Positions 47,739-57,814 of a DNA stretch of 64,000 bases are shown here, piece by piece; the first letter of the stretch is position 1; every line of letters begins with the position of its first letter. The position numbers were made by a program, and so were the translations under genes. A model generated the notes under the pieces. The model was not told where the DNA came from. It did no database searches and saw only the letters and a program-made list of their open reading frames with translations. Source of the stretch: an uncultured Acidobacteriota bacterium (lineage in GTDB: Bacteria; Acidobacteriota; Terriglobia; Acidiferrales; UBA7541); the NCBI GenBank assembly GCA_963760165.1, contig CAVXBO010000005.1, positions 11,459-75,458 on the forward strand, read 5' to 3'.

Positions 47739-49745
47739 TTGAGTAGACGAAAAGGGATTGCGCTGGTAGCGACGGCGCTGGCGGTGTCTTTGGCCTGGTT
47801 TTCGGGCTGCCAGGAGACTGCCAAGAACAGCGTCCAAGTGCATCCGCCGGCTGCGACCCCTCAGCAGACACCTAAGCCAACAGTCACCGCCAGCGTAGGC
47901 GCGCTGCCATTTCCGCAAAATCCGCCTGACTGGAGCGTTCTCGCGCCGAGTCCACGTCTCTGGGTCGATGTGCTTATCGATGAAGTGCAGGCAAATTTCG
48001 ATGCCGCAAATCACGCCTACGAGGCCGGGCAGCTTGACGTAGCTCGCAAGGACTTCCATGCGGCGCTCAACCGGCTGATGAAGAGCAATCTGGAGCCGAC
48101 GGGCGACGCAAGGCTGCAGGACCTCTTCAACCGCATCGTGGACACGATGCAGACCGATGAAATGGCGACGGAGGAGAAGGACGAGGCGACCGCCGAGGCC
48201 AATGAAGACGCGGCAGACGCCGCAGATGCCGCAGGCAACGCCGGCGCGACCGCAACCTCGGACAATTCCGACGACAGCAGCGTGCAAGCCCCACCTGAAC
48301 CTACAGCGCCAATCGAAGAAATCGCCAATATGGAGAATCTGCCGGCAAGCGATCCGCGACTGGCAGCAACGGCGGAAAAAGAGCTGATTACGGTTCCACA
48401 TGACCTGCCGCTGACGCTCAATGCGTCGGTGCTGCAGTATTTGAGCTTCTTTGCATCGCCGCGCGGGCGGGAAATCGTTGAGACGGGGCTGCAGCGCGCT
48501 GGACGTTATCGCCCGATGATTGAATCCACGCTGAAAAAGGAAGGGCTGCCGCTGGATTTGATTTACCTGGCGCAGGCCGAGTCGGCGTTCAAACCGCGTG
48601 CGGTTTCAAGCAAAGGGGCGCGGGGAATTTGGCAGTTCATGCCGTACAGCGGCGAGGAATATGGCTTGCACCGGACGTATTGGGTGGACCAGCGGGACGA
48701 TCCGGAAGCCGCGACGGAAGCCGCCGCGGAAACGTTGCGCGATTTGTACCAGACGTTTGGCGATTGGTACCTGGCGATGGCGGCGTACAATTCCGGGCCG
48801 ATGAACGTGACGCGTGCGGTCGAGCGCACGGGCTATGCGGATTTCTGGGAATTGCAGCAGCGTAACGCGCTGCCGGAGCAAACGAAAAACTACGTGCCGA
48901 TCATCTTGGCGCTTGCGATGGTGGCCAAGGACCCGGGGCTCTACGGCATCCACGTGGAGGCCGATCCAGGGCCGGAATTCGATTCCGTGAGCCTGGAGCA
49001 TTCGATCAGCTTGCGGCTGGTGACGGATGCGACGGGCGCGAGCCTGGACGACTTGCAGGCTCTCAATCCGGAGCTGGTGCGGGGAGTGACACCTCCCAAC
49101 TTCGTGCTGCGGGTGCCAAAGGGCACAAGCGATAAGTTGAAGACGGAGATTGCGGGCATTCCGGCGGAGAAGCTGACGTCGTGGAGACTGGCGACGTTCT
49201 CGACGGGCGAAACGCTGGGCGAAGTGGCGCGGCAGTATCATGTGACGCTTGCGTCGCTGGAAAACGTGAATGTGATCGACCCGCACGACCCGCCAGCGGA
49301 CGGGACCGTGCTGATGGTTCCGGCAGCGCCGCCTCGCGTGCGGCTGGTTTATTATCGCGTGCATCGAGCGGATACGCTGGAGAGCATCGCTTCGCAGTAC
49401 AGCGTGAGCGTGAGTGAATTGCAGCGCTGGAATCGTCTGCGCAGTTCGAGAGCGCCGACGGGACGCACGCTGCGCATTTATGAGAATAGCTATCCGGGCG
49501 AAACAGTGACGGCGTCGCGCACGGTGACAGCAGCACCGCGGCGCTCGACGGAACATGCGCAGGCGGCTACGGAGACGGCCCCGCATCAAACGGTTGAACA
49601 CAAGGTGGTTTCCGGGGAGACGCTGTGGTCCATTGCGCGGGAGTACGGGACTACCGTCGAAGCGCTCAAGCAGGCGAATCCCTTCCTTGCCAGCCGGGGT
49701 TTGGAAGTGGGTGACCAGCTCAGCATCTCTCCTCGAAAGAATTAA
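47739..49745 (+). CDS. mltD: MltD-like lytic transglycosylase lipoprotein with three LysM domains
   Basis: TTG at 47739 with GGAGGG 6 nt upstream and lipobox LAWFSGC. SLT motif AQAESAFKPRAVSSKGARGIWQFMP. Three LysM repeats. The ORF-track start is 47694. Confidence 0.88.
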   Translation: MSRRKGIALVATALAVSLAWFSGCQETAKNSVQVHPPAATPQQTPKPTVTASVGALPFPQNPPDWSVLAPSPRLWVDVLIDEVQANFDAANHAYEAGQLDVARKDFHAALNRLMKSNLEPTGDARLQDLFNRIVDTMQTDEMATEEKDEATAEANEDAADAADAAGNAGATATSDNSDDSSVQAPPEPTAPIEEIANMENLPASDPRLAATAEKELITVPHDLPLTLNASVLQYLSFFASPRGREIVETGLQRAGRYRPMIESTLKKEGLPLDLIYLAQAESAFKPRAVSSKGARGIWQFMPYSGEEYGLHRTYWVDQRDDPEAATEAAAETLRDLYQTFGDWYLAMAAYNSGPMNVTRAVERTGYADFWELQQRNALPEQTKNYVPIILALAMVAKDPGLYGIHVEADPGPEFDSVSLEHSISLRLVTDATGASLDDLQALNPELVRGVTPPNFVLRVPKGTSDKLKTEIAGIPAEKLTSWRLATFSTGETLGEVARQYHVTLASLENVNVIDPHDPPADGTVLMVPAAPPRVRLVYYRVHRADTLESIASQYSVSVSELQRWNRLRSSRAPTGRTLRIYENSYPGETVTASRTVTAAPRRSTEHAQAATETAPHQTVEHKVVSGETLWSIAREYGTTVEALKQANPFLASRGLEVGDQLSISPRKN

Positions 49746-49912
49746 ATAGCTTTACAATCAAACACATACGAAGGATATGTAATGCCATAGGAACGGCATG
49801 ATTTCCTGTTCCGAGTGTCCTGACTTTGCGCCTTGACAAACTTCCAGGAGTGCGATTACAAAGAACGAAGTGGGTAATTGCCGCTGAGCCCCAGAGCCCA
49901 CGGAGGAAAAAC

Positions 49913-50278
49913 ATGTTCAAAGCGAAGTTTCACGAGAACGAAGAAGACAACGAGCTCCCGGGCTTTGAGGAAGAAGAGGAACAAGCGGAGCCCGGCGGCG
50001 ATGAGCATGAGGAAGTCGCCGAAGAAGAAGTAGTTGAGATCGAGTCCGGCGAGGACGAAGAAGAGGTTGAGCCGGAACATTCGCCGGGGCGTAGCATGAC
50101 GCCGAAGCCGGCGCGGGCGGGAAGTGCGCGGAAATCAGCGGCGAAGAGCAAGGCGAAGAAGCGGCCGAAGGCTAAGGCGAAGAAGCGCAAGAAGGCCGCG
50201 CCGCGAAAGAAGGCAAAGGCGAAGTCGAGGCCAAAGGCGAAAGCCAAGGGGCGCGCCAAGAAAGGGCGCCGCAGGTAG
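49913..50278 (+). CDS. bipartite acidic/basic low-complexity protein (histone H1-like Lys/Ala/Pro C-terminal tail)
   Basis: 121 aa from MFKAKF. Glu/Asp-rich N-terminal half, then AKSKAKKRPKAKAKKRKKAAPRKKAKAK... Confidence 0.55.
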   Translation: MFKAKFHENEEDNELPGFEEEEEQAEPGGDEHEEVAEEEVVEIESGEDEEEVEPEHSPGRSMTPKPARAGSARKSAAKSKAKKRPKAKAKKRKKAAPRKKAKAKSRPKAKAKGRAKKGRRR

Positions 50279-50306
50279 CAACCGCCATTTATTTATAAGT
50301 TCTGAA

Positions 50307-50360
50307 AGCGCCGCGAGATTGCGCCGATGGTTGGCAGCTCGCGACGCTTTTGTGTTGTTG
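50307..50360 (+). terminator. possible Rho-independent terminator
   Basis: Stem AGCGCCGCGAG/CTCGCGACGCT with a long loop, followed by TTTTGTGTTGTTG. Confidence 0.4.
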
Positions 50361-50416
50361 TGGGCCGGGAAGCACGTTAAGGAGTAGGATTCTTAGGTCT
50401 GAAATCGGTACTAACT

Positions 50417-51016
50417 ATGATCCTAGTGGCTGTATTGTATTTTTTCCTTGGGGTGCTTCCGTGGCTAATGTCCCCTACGAATGGACAGAAACCGCCTGAT
50501 GCTTCAAATTTTTCCATCCTTGGCGTGACAATCGACCAAGACAATTTGGCAACTTTGCAGAAGAAACTGGGGCCGGTGAAGAAATGTCACATAACTGAGC
50601 ATGGCGACATTGCTGGATACACAGATTCGAAAGAGAATGTGGTCTTCGAATTTGGCGAAATTGGCGGGGGTGAGGTAACCGGATTTTATCTCAGTTCACA
50701 TCGCCAAGCGACGGGCTGTCCACTATCACCTTTGCCGTCCAGGATCGTTGAACTGACCACGAAAGCCGGCGTTCATCTGGGAATGACTCAGCAAGAATTT
50801 GTTCATGTAATAGGATCTGCCCCGAGCCGTAGGACAGGTGATCAGTGGAAATATGATTGGACACTAGAGGCCAAGTATACGGAGGAAGAAAAGAGGAAAG
50901 CTGCAGCGGCAGGATATTCCTTATCTGACACATATTTGATTGGCATCACGATTGACGCAAGGTTCTCAGAAGGTATTCTTCAATATCTTTCCATCGCTAA
51001 AGTTGAATCGACCTAG
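50417..51016 (+). CDS. hypothetical protein with N-terminal TM/signal anchor; visibly lower G+C
   Basis: 199-aa ORF with no recognised family. Confidence 0.5.
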   Translation: MILVAVLYFFLGVLPWLMSPTNGQKPPDASNFSILGVTIDQDNLATLQKKLGPVKKCHITEHGDIAGYTDSKENVVFEFGEIGGGEVTGFYLSSHRQATGCPLSPLPSRIVELTTKAGVHLGMTQQEFVHVIGSAPSRRTGDQWKYDWTLEAKYTEEEKRKAAAAGYSLSDTYLIGITIDARFSEGILQYLSIAKVEST

Positions 51017-51105
51017 CGGACTTCGAAGTACAGCCTACTGCCAGCTTACTTGCTCATGGGACGGAATGGTGCGGGTTAGCGCGGGGAGAAAGAATTCTTG
51101 ACGGC

Positions 51106-51648
51106 TCATTTCAGGGGCGGGTCTTGCGGCGTGGCGGGGCGATTGTCGCGCGTGGCGCGAATCACTGCGGATTGATCCGTATAAAAACTCAGGTAACCGT
51201 AATTGCGAGGGACGGCGACGAGAGCGAAGGCATGAGGGTTGCCGGCGGCGTCGGGTTGGGTTGGCGTGTATCGAATGGAATAGCCACCGGCCATGGCGGT
51301 CTGTCCAGCTTCGCGCGCGGGTTCGCCGAGCGCTTCGAGGGACGTCGGGAAGGCTCCGGCGCCGTTTTCATACGTTTCCAGCTGATGCTGGAGGGCGCGG
51401 ACGGATGCGAGGGCGGAACGCTCCGCGGCCGGACGCGGATTTTCGAAACGCAGCGGAAGCGCAAACCAGATGATGGCCCAGATGCCGGCGACGGCGCACA
51501 GAACGGCAATGATGAGTTTCGGCGAACTGCGTTTTTTTTGCGGCTGCTGCGGCAAATCGGAATCGGGCTCGTCTTGGTTGGCCCCGCAATAGGGGCAGAT
51601 CGCGCTGGCAGAATTAATCGGACGCTGGCAATGGGGGCAGAGATACAT
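51106..51648 (-). CDS. zinc-ribbon, single-TM protein with pilin-like periplasmic region
   Basis: CPHCQ...CPYCG, TM helix LIIAVLCAVAGIWAIIWFAL, 9-nt gap to the upstream gene. Confidence 0.6.
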   Translation of the reverse strand: MYLCPHCQRPINSASAICPYCGANQDEPDSDLPQQPQKKRSSPKLIIAVLCAVAGIWAIIWFALPLRFENPRPAAERSALASVRALQHQLETYENGAGAFPTSLEALGEPAREAGQTAMAGGYSIRYTPTQPDAAGNPHAFALVAVPRNYGYLSFYTDQSAVIRATRDNRPATPQDPPLK

Positions 51649-51657
51649 GCAGATGGC

Positions 51658-52338
51658 TTAGGGCGTCGCGGCGTGGCCGGAAATCACAAGGGCGATCGTC
51701 ATCGGGGAAGTGCCGATCGCAGCGGTGAAGTAAAGGGTCCATAGGTCTTCGCTGGTGTCTTGCTTGGTGCCGGGAAGCAACGTTGGGGCGCCGTCGGTGG
51801 GCACAAGGCTCCAGACGGATGGATGGCCGGACGTCGTCGCCTTGCGGCTCAGCACGTACATGTCTTTGTCAGCGAGATTCGCGGCTGAGGTGTCCTGATC
51901 CGGCGGCGTTAGCAGGAGGAAGTCGCGATAATCGGAAACGCCTTGATGGTTGCCGTCGACGGGCTGCAGGCCATAGCGCAGGATATAGGTGCCGGGCTTG
52001 ACGGGCTGATTGCGGAAATCCTTCACGGCGCCGTCAAAGTGAATTGCGCCGACGATTTCTCCGTCGATGAGCTGGCCATAGGAGACGCCCAAAGCGGTGC
52101 TTGCCTGCGCAGCGGCGGGAATGGCCGCGCGCATCCAGATTTCGCAGTACGGGCCGCTGGGTCCGGTGACAGAAAGGGACACGGCGCCGAGGATGCCGCG
52201 CACGGGCGCGGAGACTTCCGCGGGCACCGGCACGGCGCTTACCGCTGCTTTGTAATCCTGGGCGGATGCGGGACCTGCGAGCGATAGTGCGGCCGCGAGA
52301 GCGACTGCAACGAAATAGAGTGCAGACCGACGGATCAT
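51658..52338 (-). CDS. secreted hypothetical protein
   Basis: Signal peptide ending AGPASAQ. 226 aa. Confidence 0.55.
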   Translation of the reverse strand: MIRRSALYFVAVALAAALSLAGPASAQDYKAAVSAVPVPAEVSAPVRGILGAVSLSVTGPSGPYCEIWMRAAIPAAAQASTALGVSYGQLIDGEIVGAIHFDGAVKDFRNQPVKPGTYILRYGLQPVDGNHQGVSDYRDFLLLTPPDQDTSAANLADKDMYVLSRKATTSGHPSVWSLVPTDGAPTLLPGTKQDTSEDLWTLYFTAAIGTSPMTIALVISGHAATP

Positions 52339-52429
52339 TGCGATTCTCCTGTACGAAAAATCAGCGTGCCTATTATGGGATGATTATCCGGTGCGGGCGG
52401 TTTCGAGGCAATGCGAATCGGTGCGAGTT

Positions 52430-52954
52430 TTACTTGCAGTCGAATGCAGCCTTCTCTTCGAACTCTTCCACCTCCTGCAGGGACGATGACTTTAGGAAGT
52501 ACAGGTATTCCTTGTTTTGCCACATGACTGTGAACGATCCGTGCCCGTCCCTGGAAAAATCTAGCAGCACTCGCTCGCCAGACGCCGTGCCTTCACGTCC
52601 TATGGCGGGTCCGCGCTCTAGGATATGCGTCGCGGAATGGACCACGGCCTCGAAGTTCTTGCGCGCAATGTCTGCGGAACTAAATTGAGCGTGTTCCACG
52701 GAAATGGTACCGCCGTCGGGGGCTGTGTACCGTGTGCCTCCCCAGCGGCCTCGGTCCTCTAACATTTCCGATTCTGGCAGGCGTTGTGAGCCAGGCGCGT
52801 CAAAATACCCGTCCCCGGTTACCGTCGGCCTGTAGGTTCTTTTCTGGCAGGGCACACTGCTAAGCGACTTCCTCGATTTCTTCTCTTGCCCGGCCGCGCA
52901 AGTGCACAAAAAGATCAGAAATGCAGCACCGGCGCGGGCGGCGATGGCTGGCAC
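52430..52954 (-). CDS. hypothetical secreted protein or lipoprotein
   Basis: Hydrophobic N-terminus FLIFLCTCAAG. 174 aa. Confidence 0.5.
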   Translation of the reverse strand: MPAIAARAGAAFLIFLCTCAAGQEKKSRKSLSSVPCQKRTYRPTVTGDGYFDAPGSQRLPESEMLEDRGRWGGTRYTAPDGGTISVEHAQFSSADIARKNFEAVVHSATHILERGPAIGREGTASGERVLLDFSRDGHGSFTVMWQNKEYLYFLKSSSLQEVEEFEEKAAFDCK

Positions 52955-53057
52955 CGAGTTACTCTAGCATTTTTCGTCCGAGTCGGTGTGGCGCAAAGAA
53001 AAAGCCCGCCGGGAATGGCGGGCTCTTGGTTCATGCGATTCTCAGCGCGAAAAGAGC

Positions 53058-53091
53058 GGGCGGCGTAAAGCCGCCCCTACGAAACACGAAC
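53058..53091. repeat. REP-like hairpin (GGCGGCGTAAAGCCGCC family)
   Basis: GGGCGGCGTAAAGCCGCCCCTACGAAACACGAAC shares its core with 59044-59072 and 59160-59191. Sits just 3' of a minus-strand gene. Confidence 0.5.
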
Positions 53092-53113
53092 GGCTAGCAA
53101 TCATTCCGCGAAC

Positions 53114-53782
53114 TTATTCCGCGAAATGGCCGACGAAGGAGCTGCGGCGATTCGCGTCATCCCAAGTGACGCCGAGGGAATTTCCCTGGTAGCTGCTATC
53201 GAGCGCGACGACCGGCATCGAGTGCGTCAGATGAGCGGACAGCGGCGGATAGTAGGTTTGCTCATTGTGGCAAATCATGTCGCCCATGTTGATGGCGCGA
53301 GTCGAGAGTTTTACAACGTTGCCGACGGCGAGGGTTTCCCATCCCATGCGGGCGGGGTCAGCGGCAAAAGAAATCGGCGCGAGGTTCGTGGCTACGACAT
53401 GATTGAGAAGGCCGGCGGATTGCGCTTGCGCGAAAGAGATCAGCGCGGCTTGCTGCGCGCCATTGGCGCGGGCATCCACGAAGAAAACAGCGCTGGCCGG
53501 GAGCGGGTCCGCGTAAGGATCGCCGAAAGTGGCGCTGGCCCGAACGACCGCGACGACGCCGAGGCCGGAGAGCGGGACGCCGTTCCACTGGCCGTCACTG
53601 ACTTGCCAGGCAAGCACGGCATTTTGGCCGGTGAGCCCGACTTCAGAATTCGCGAAGCACGGGCCGGTGTAAACGTCGGCATTGCGAAATTCCATATAAT
53701 TTCCCGAAATGTGATTTGCTTGGGCCATTGCGGGAATGGCCATCAGAAGTGCAGCAGCTAAGAGCGCGAGTTTCGCTTTCAT
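53114..53782 (-). CDS. secreted hypothetical protein
   Basis: Signal peptide MKAKLALLAAALLMAIPAMAQA. 222 aa. Confidence 0.6.
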   Translation of the reverse strand: MKAKLALLAAALLMAIPAMAQANHISGNYMEFRNADVYTGPCFANSEVGLTGQNAVLAWQVSDGQWNGVPLSGLGVVAVVRASATFGDPYADPLPASAVFFVDARANGAQQAALISFAQAQSAGLLNHVVATNLAPISFAADPARMGWETLAVGNVVKLSTRAINMGDMICHNEQTYYPPLSAHLTHSMPVVALDSSYQGNSLGVTWDDANRRSSFVGHFAE

Positions 53783-54098
53783 TGTGGACCTCCCAACTCA
53801 GTATAGTTTCTCACTATGGAATGTTTGCTGCAACTGCAAGAGTAACCAGTATACACGATTGCGCGGCGCAGGGCCGTGCACTTACCTGACTGTTCACTTT
53901 TGAAACAGGGAAAACGCTGTTTGATGATTCAGTATGGGTGTGCCGCTTACCTGCAAAGCGGTGCATTTCGACGAATCGGAGTCTCGAGTAAACGAGTAAT
54001 TGCAGCAATCGATTTGGCAAAGAAACTGCTCTTGCTGAAGAACGTCCGGCCGCGGAAGGCGCGGTCTGAACCTATTAGCGGTGAGGGGGTTGAAGCGA

Positions 54099-54509
54099 AT
54101 GCGTAAAATTCCAATGCTTGTCGTGTTCTTTGGGGTCGTGGCTTTGGCGGCTGGGCCGGCCGCTCGCGCTGGCTCTGTGAGCGGCGATGATGCGCAGCTC
54201 ATTGCTCAAGGCGCAGATTTTGGTCAGTTCAGCCGGGTCAATGAGTTTATTGAGTTCAATCAGTTCAGCCAGTTCAGTCAATTCAATCAGTTCAATCCCT
54301 CGAGCATGCAGAGCTTTTATACGGGCGATGCTGGCCGCATGCGGTTCGGCCCGCGGGTGTTCGGGAGAGAAGATTTTGGCGTTCCGCCGAAGACAGTCGT
54401 GGAGTCCTCTGTGCTGCCGACGCCCGAACCGGCATCTCTTTTGCTCCTCGGGACAGGCTTTCTGGGTCTCGGTGTGCTGGGGCGGTGTCTTAAGCTGGAT
54501 CTCAGTTAA
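54099..54509 (+). CDS. PEP-CTERM sorting-domain protein with internal x-F-x tripeptide repeats
   Basis: Signal peptide plus a C-terminal PTPEPASLLLLGTGFLGLGVLGR. Confidence 0.75.
   Translation: MRKIPMLVVFFGVVALAAGPAARAGSVSGDDAQLIAQGADFGQFSRVNEFIEFNQFSQFSQFNQFNPSSMQSFYTGDAGRMRFGPRVFGREDFGVPPKTVVESSVLPTPEPASLLLLGTGFLGLGVLGRCLKLDLS
54225..54296 (+). repeat. in-frame tandem repeat, 8 units of 9 bp (consensus CAGTTCAAT)
   Basis: The units are CAGTTCAGC, CGGGTCAAT, GAGTTTATT, GAGTTCAAT, CAGTTCAGC, CAGTTCAGT, CAATTCAAT, CAGTTCAAT. Confidence 0.7.
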
Positions 54510-54636
54510 TTTCGCTTTGCGCTCGAATATGGCGTGCTGATGGGCCGTGCTGGTTTCTGATACCAGTGCGGCCCATTGTTTTTCAGGGAAGCACTCCTTG
54601 GCTGATACAAAACAGATTCTGCATCAGCAAACCAGC

Positions 54637-57055
54637 CTATTCGTTGCGCAAGGCGATCATGGGGTCCACGTCCATCGCGCGACGAGCGGGGAAGTAGCAG
54701 GCGGCGAAGGCGACGGCGGCGAGGAGAAGTGCAACGGCGGAGTAGGTGAGCGGGTCGGCGGGACTGACGCCGAAGAGCATTGACGATAGAAGGCGCGTAA
54801 GCGCGAGGGCTCCGGCGATGCCGAGGGCGAGGCCGACGAAAATAATGGCCATGCCGCGGCCGAGGACCAGCGCGAGAATGTTTCGCGGCTGCGCGCCGAG
54901 GGCCATGCGCACGCCGATTTCCCGCGTACGCTGCTTCACCCAGTAGGAAATGCTTCCGTAAATCCCCACAGCGGCGAGCAAAAGAGCGATGAAGGCAAAG
55001 CCGCCGAGAAGCCAGGCGTCGAATTTGCGCTGGGATTCGTGGGTGGAAAGGATTTCGCTGGCGGCCTCAAAGTGATCGACGAAGGAATTTTTGTCAATCG
55101 CTGCGACTTGAGCCTTGATGGCAGCGAGCAGAGTTTTTGCGTCGCCAGAGGCGCGCACGACGATGTCGTCGGCGTAATAACCGGAAGAGGGCTCGTAGAT
55201 CATCGCTCCAGGAGATTTTTCCAGGCCTTCCTGACGAACATCGCCTACAACGCCGACGACGGTCTGCCAGGGCTGGGGAAAATTCGGATCACCAAACTTG
55301 AAGCGCTTGCCAATGGGATCTTCGTTGGGCCAATAAAGGCGCGCCATGGTTTCGTTGATGATGACGACGGGCAGAGCGTTTTTCGGCGTGTCGGAGTCAG
55401 TGAAGACGCGTCCGCGCAAAAGAGGAATGCCCATGGCGCGGAAAAAATCAGGCGTGGCGTCTCCGGCGGTCGCGGCGATGGTGCGGCCTTCGAGGACGAA
55501 GGAGCCTTTGAACATTTCGTCGGGGAAAAGGACGTTGGACGTGGAGCCGACGGCGGTGACTTCGGGAAGAGCGCGGAGGCGATTCATGATTTCGATGTAA
55601 CGGGTGTTCGCGTCGGCATTGGTGCCCTTTGTGGGCGGAGAGTAAATGCGCAGGCTGTAGACGTCGTCGGCGTCGAAGCCGGGGTTCACGGAAAAAATCT
55701 GCCACAGACTGCGGATTAAAAGGCCCGAGCCGGCAAGGAGTACGAAGGCGAGCGAAACTTCGGCGACGATAAGGATTTTGCGAATGAATTGCGCGCCGGG
55801 AGAAGCGGCGCCGGATGTTTCTTTGAGTGCGCGATTCAAATCGAGGCGCGAAGCGGAAAATGCGGGAAGAACGGCACAGATGAACGCGGTGAATGCGGTG
55901 ACAGCGACTGTGTAGAGCAGCACTCGGGAGATCGAGGATGCTGCCGCCGAGGCGGGCGATGTCGGGGTTGAATTTGGCGACGAGAGCCACGGTCCAGAAC
56001 GCTAGAAAGAATCCCGCCACGGCGCCTGTTCCAGAGAGCAGCAAACTCTCTGCAAGGAATTGACGGATGATGCGGCCGCGCGTCGCGCCGAGCGAAAAGC
56101 GCACTGCGATTTCTTTTTGGCGACCTGCGGCGCGGGCCATCATCAAGTTGGCCGCGTTCAGGCAGGCAATCAGCAACACGCCGAAGATTGCGGCCCAGAG
56201 AACGAGCAGCCCCTGGCGCACCTGTTGCGAAAGCTGCTCGCGCAGGGGCACGATGCGGATGCCGATGCCGTTATCGTCCTTGGGATAGGAGCCGGCGAGG
56301 CGCGCGGCGATGGTGTCCATTTCGGTTTGCGCCTGTGACCAAGTGACGCCGGAGTTCAGTCTGCCGATGACGCCCATGTTGGGATACTGGCGCATATCGA
56401 ATTTTCCGAGGGAATAAGCGGACTGGACTTCGCGGGGCTTCCACAATTGCGTGGCTGGGGGAAAGGCGAAGCCGCGTGGCATGACGCCGATGATTGTGTC
56501 GCCTTCGTTGTCGCTAAACCCCAGCCGCCGCCCGAGCGCATGCGGATCGCCGGCGAAGCGCGACTTCCATAGCGCGTAGCTGATGATTACAACGCTCGTC
56601 TTACCGCGCAAGGAATCGTCGGCTGAGAAGGCGCGGCCAAGAATCGGATTCACGCCCAGCACGGAAAAGAAATTCGTCGAGACCAGCGCCCCGGGGACGC
56701 GTTCCGGCCCATTCGCGCCGCTCAGCATTTCCTGCGTGCCGTTGCCATTGAGAATTTCGCTGACGAACATGACGAAAGCCATGTCCTGGAAGCTGCGGGA
56801 TTGGGCGCGCCAGTCCGCATAGTTCGGATACGAGACGGCGCCTTCGCTTTCGCCCGTGCGCTGATTGTTCTGCCAGAGGAAGGCGAGGCGCTCGGCGTGC
56901 GGATAGGGGAGCGCGCGAAAGAAGGCGGCGTTGGCGAGGCCAAAGATGGCGGTGTTCGCACCGATGCCGATGGCGAGCACGGCAATGATCAGCGAGGAGT
57001 AACCGGGATTTCGCGTTGCCGCCTGCCAAGCCGAACGCAGATCGCGCCAGAGCAT
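54637..57055 (-). pseudogene. ADOP/MacB-like FtsX-family ABC permease (duplicated FtsX domains) with one frameshift
   Basis: The N-terminal ORF (MLWRDLRSAWQA...VAKFNPDIARLGGSILDL) and C-terminal ORF (VLLYTVAVTAF...PADPLTYSAVALLL) join if one C of the CCC run (GGG at 55926-55928) is removed. Confidence 0.85.
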
Positions 57056-57396
57056 TGAGCACCTCACTTACGTTGATGCCATCAGGCTCGCACAGGAGGA
57101 ATTTTCACGCGAGGGAAATTTGAGGGCGTTCGCGAAATAGTCAAGGAAGAAAGCATGGGCAGAACGGTTGATGAGTCGGGGAAAAGTGCAGGGAAGAAAC
57201 CCCACGCTCCAAACCGAGCATGGGGCACCCGCAAATGCTTACCTTAGCGGTGAAGTGGCGATGATACGATAAGGAGCGGTCTTCGACCGGGCAATCGCGG
57301 GAAGGGGGCGCGGGCCACCCGCCAACAAGCCGCAACCCCGCCACAGACGCAACTGCCGCCCCCACGGCAGAAGCAACCTCAATGAGGAGAACGGCC

Positions 57397-57708
57397 ATGT
57401 ACAGATCGAAGCTTCTAGGACGGATACTACTTGGCCTAGTTCTTGGCGCAACGAGTGTCGGTTTAATCAGCTTCTGTGCAACTAAACTTCCTTATAGTCA
57501 TGCCCGCGACGAAATCACAGATGCACTATCTGTACCTGCAGCACTCATCGCACAGACTATTTACCCGGAGGGTGTGCATACCGGGAAGGGCGCTCCACTC
57601 TGGGGGATCGTATTCCTGTGCTCCGGTGTTTTGTTTTATGCCGTTGTGTGGCTCGTCGTTCTTTCCGTAATGACACGCATGAGACGTCCTGGCGGGTGGC
57701 GCACGTAG
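57397..57708 (+). CDS. small membrane protein, hypothetical
   Basis: GAGGAG 8 nt upstream of the ATG. Two or three hydrophobic helices. Confidence 0.45.
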   Translation: MYRSKLLGRILLGLVLGATSVGLISFCATKLPYSHARDEITDALSVPAALIAQTIYPEGVHTGKGAPLWGIVFLCSGVLFYAVVWLVVLSVMTRMRRPGGWRT

Positions 57709-57814
57709 CCGCGTGAGTTAAACGATCGAAGGGCTCGCATGCACGTCCGCACACGACGCCCGTGAAGGCTAGACCGAACCGAGGGTGCCGCACGCTTTTG
57801 CCTTTTGAAGCGTG

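Noticed and set aside
48606-49601. 331-aa ORF antisense to the LysM transglycosylase
   Set aside because: Shadow ORF with no motifs.
57557-57814. 3' run-on part of the second RAYT ORF
   Set aside because: Similarity to Y1 transposases ends near ...QWEPRGKN. The remainder overlaps a REP-like segment and a plausible plus-strand gene, so it was excluded from the pseudogene call.
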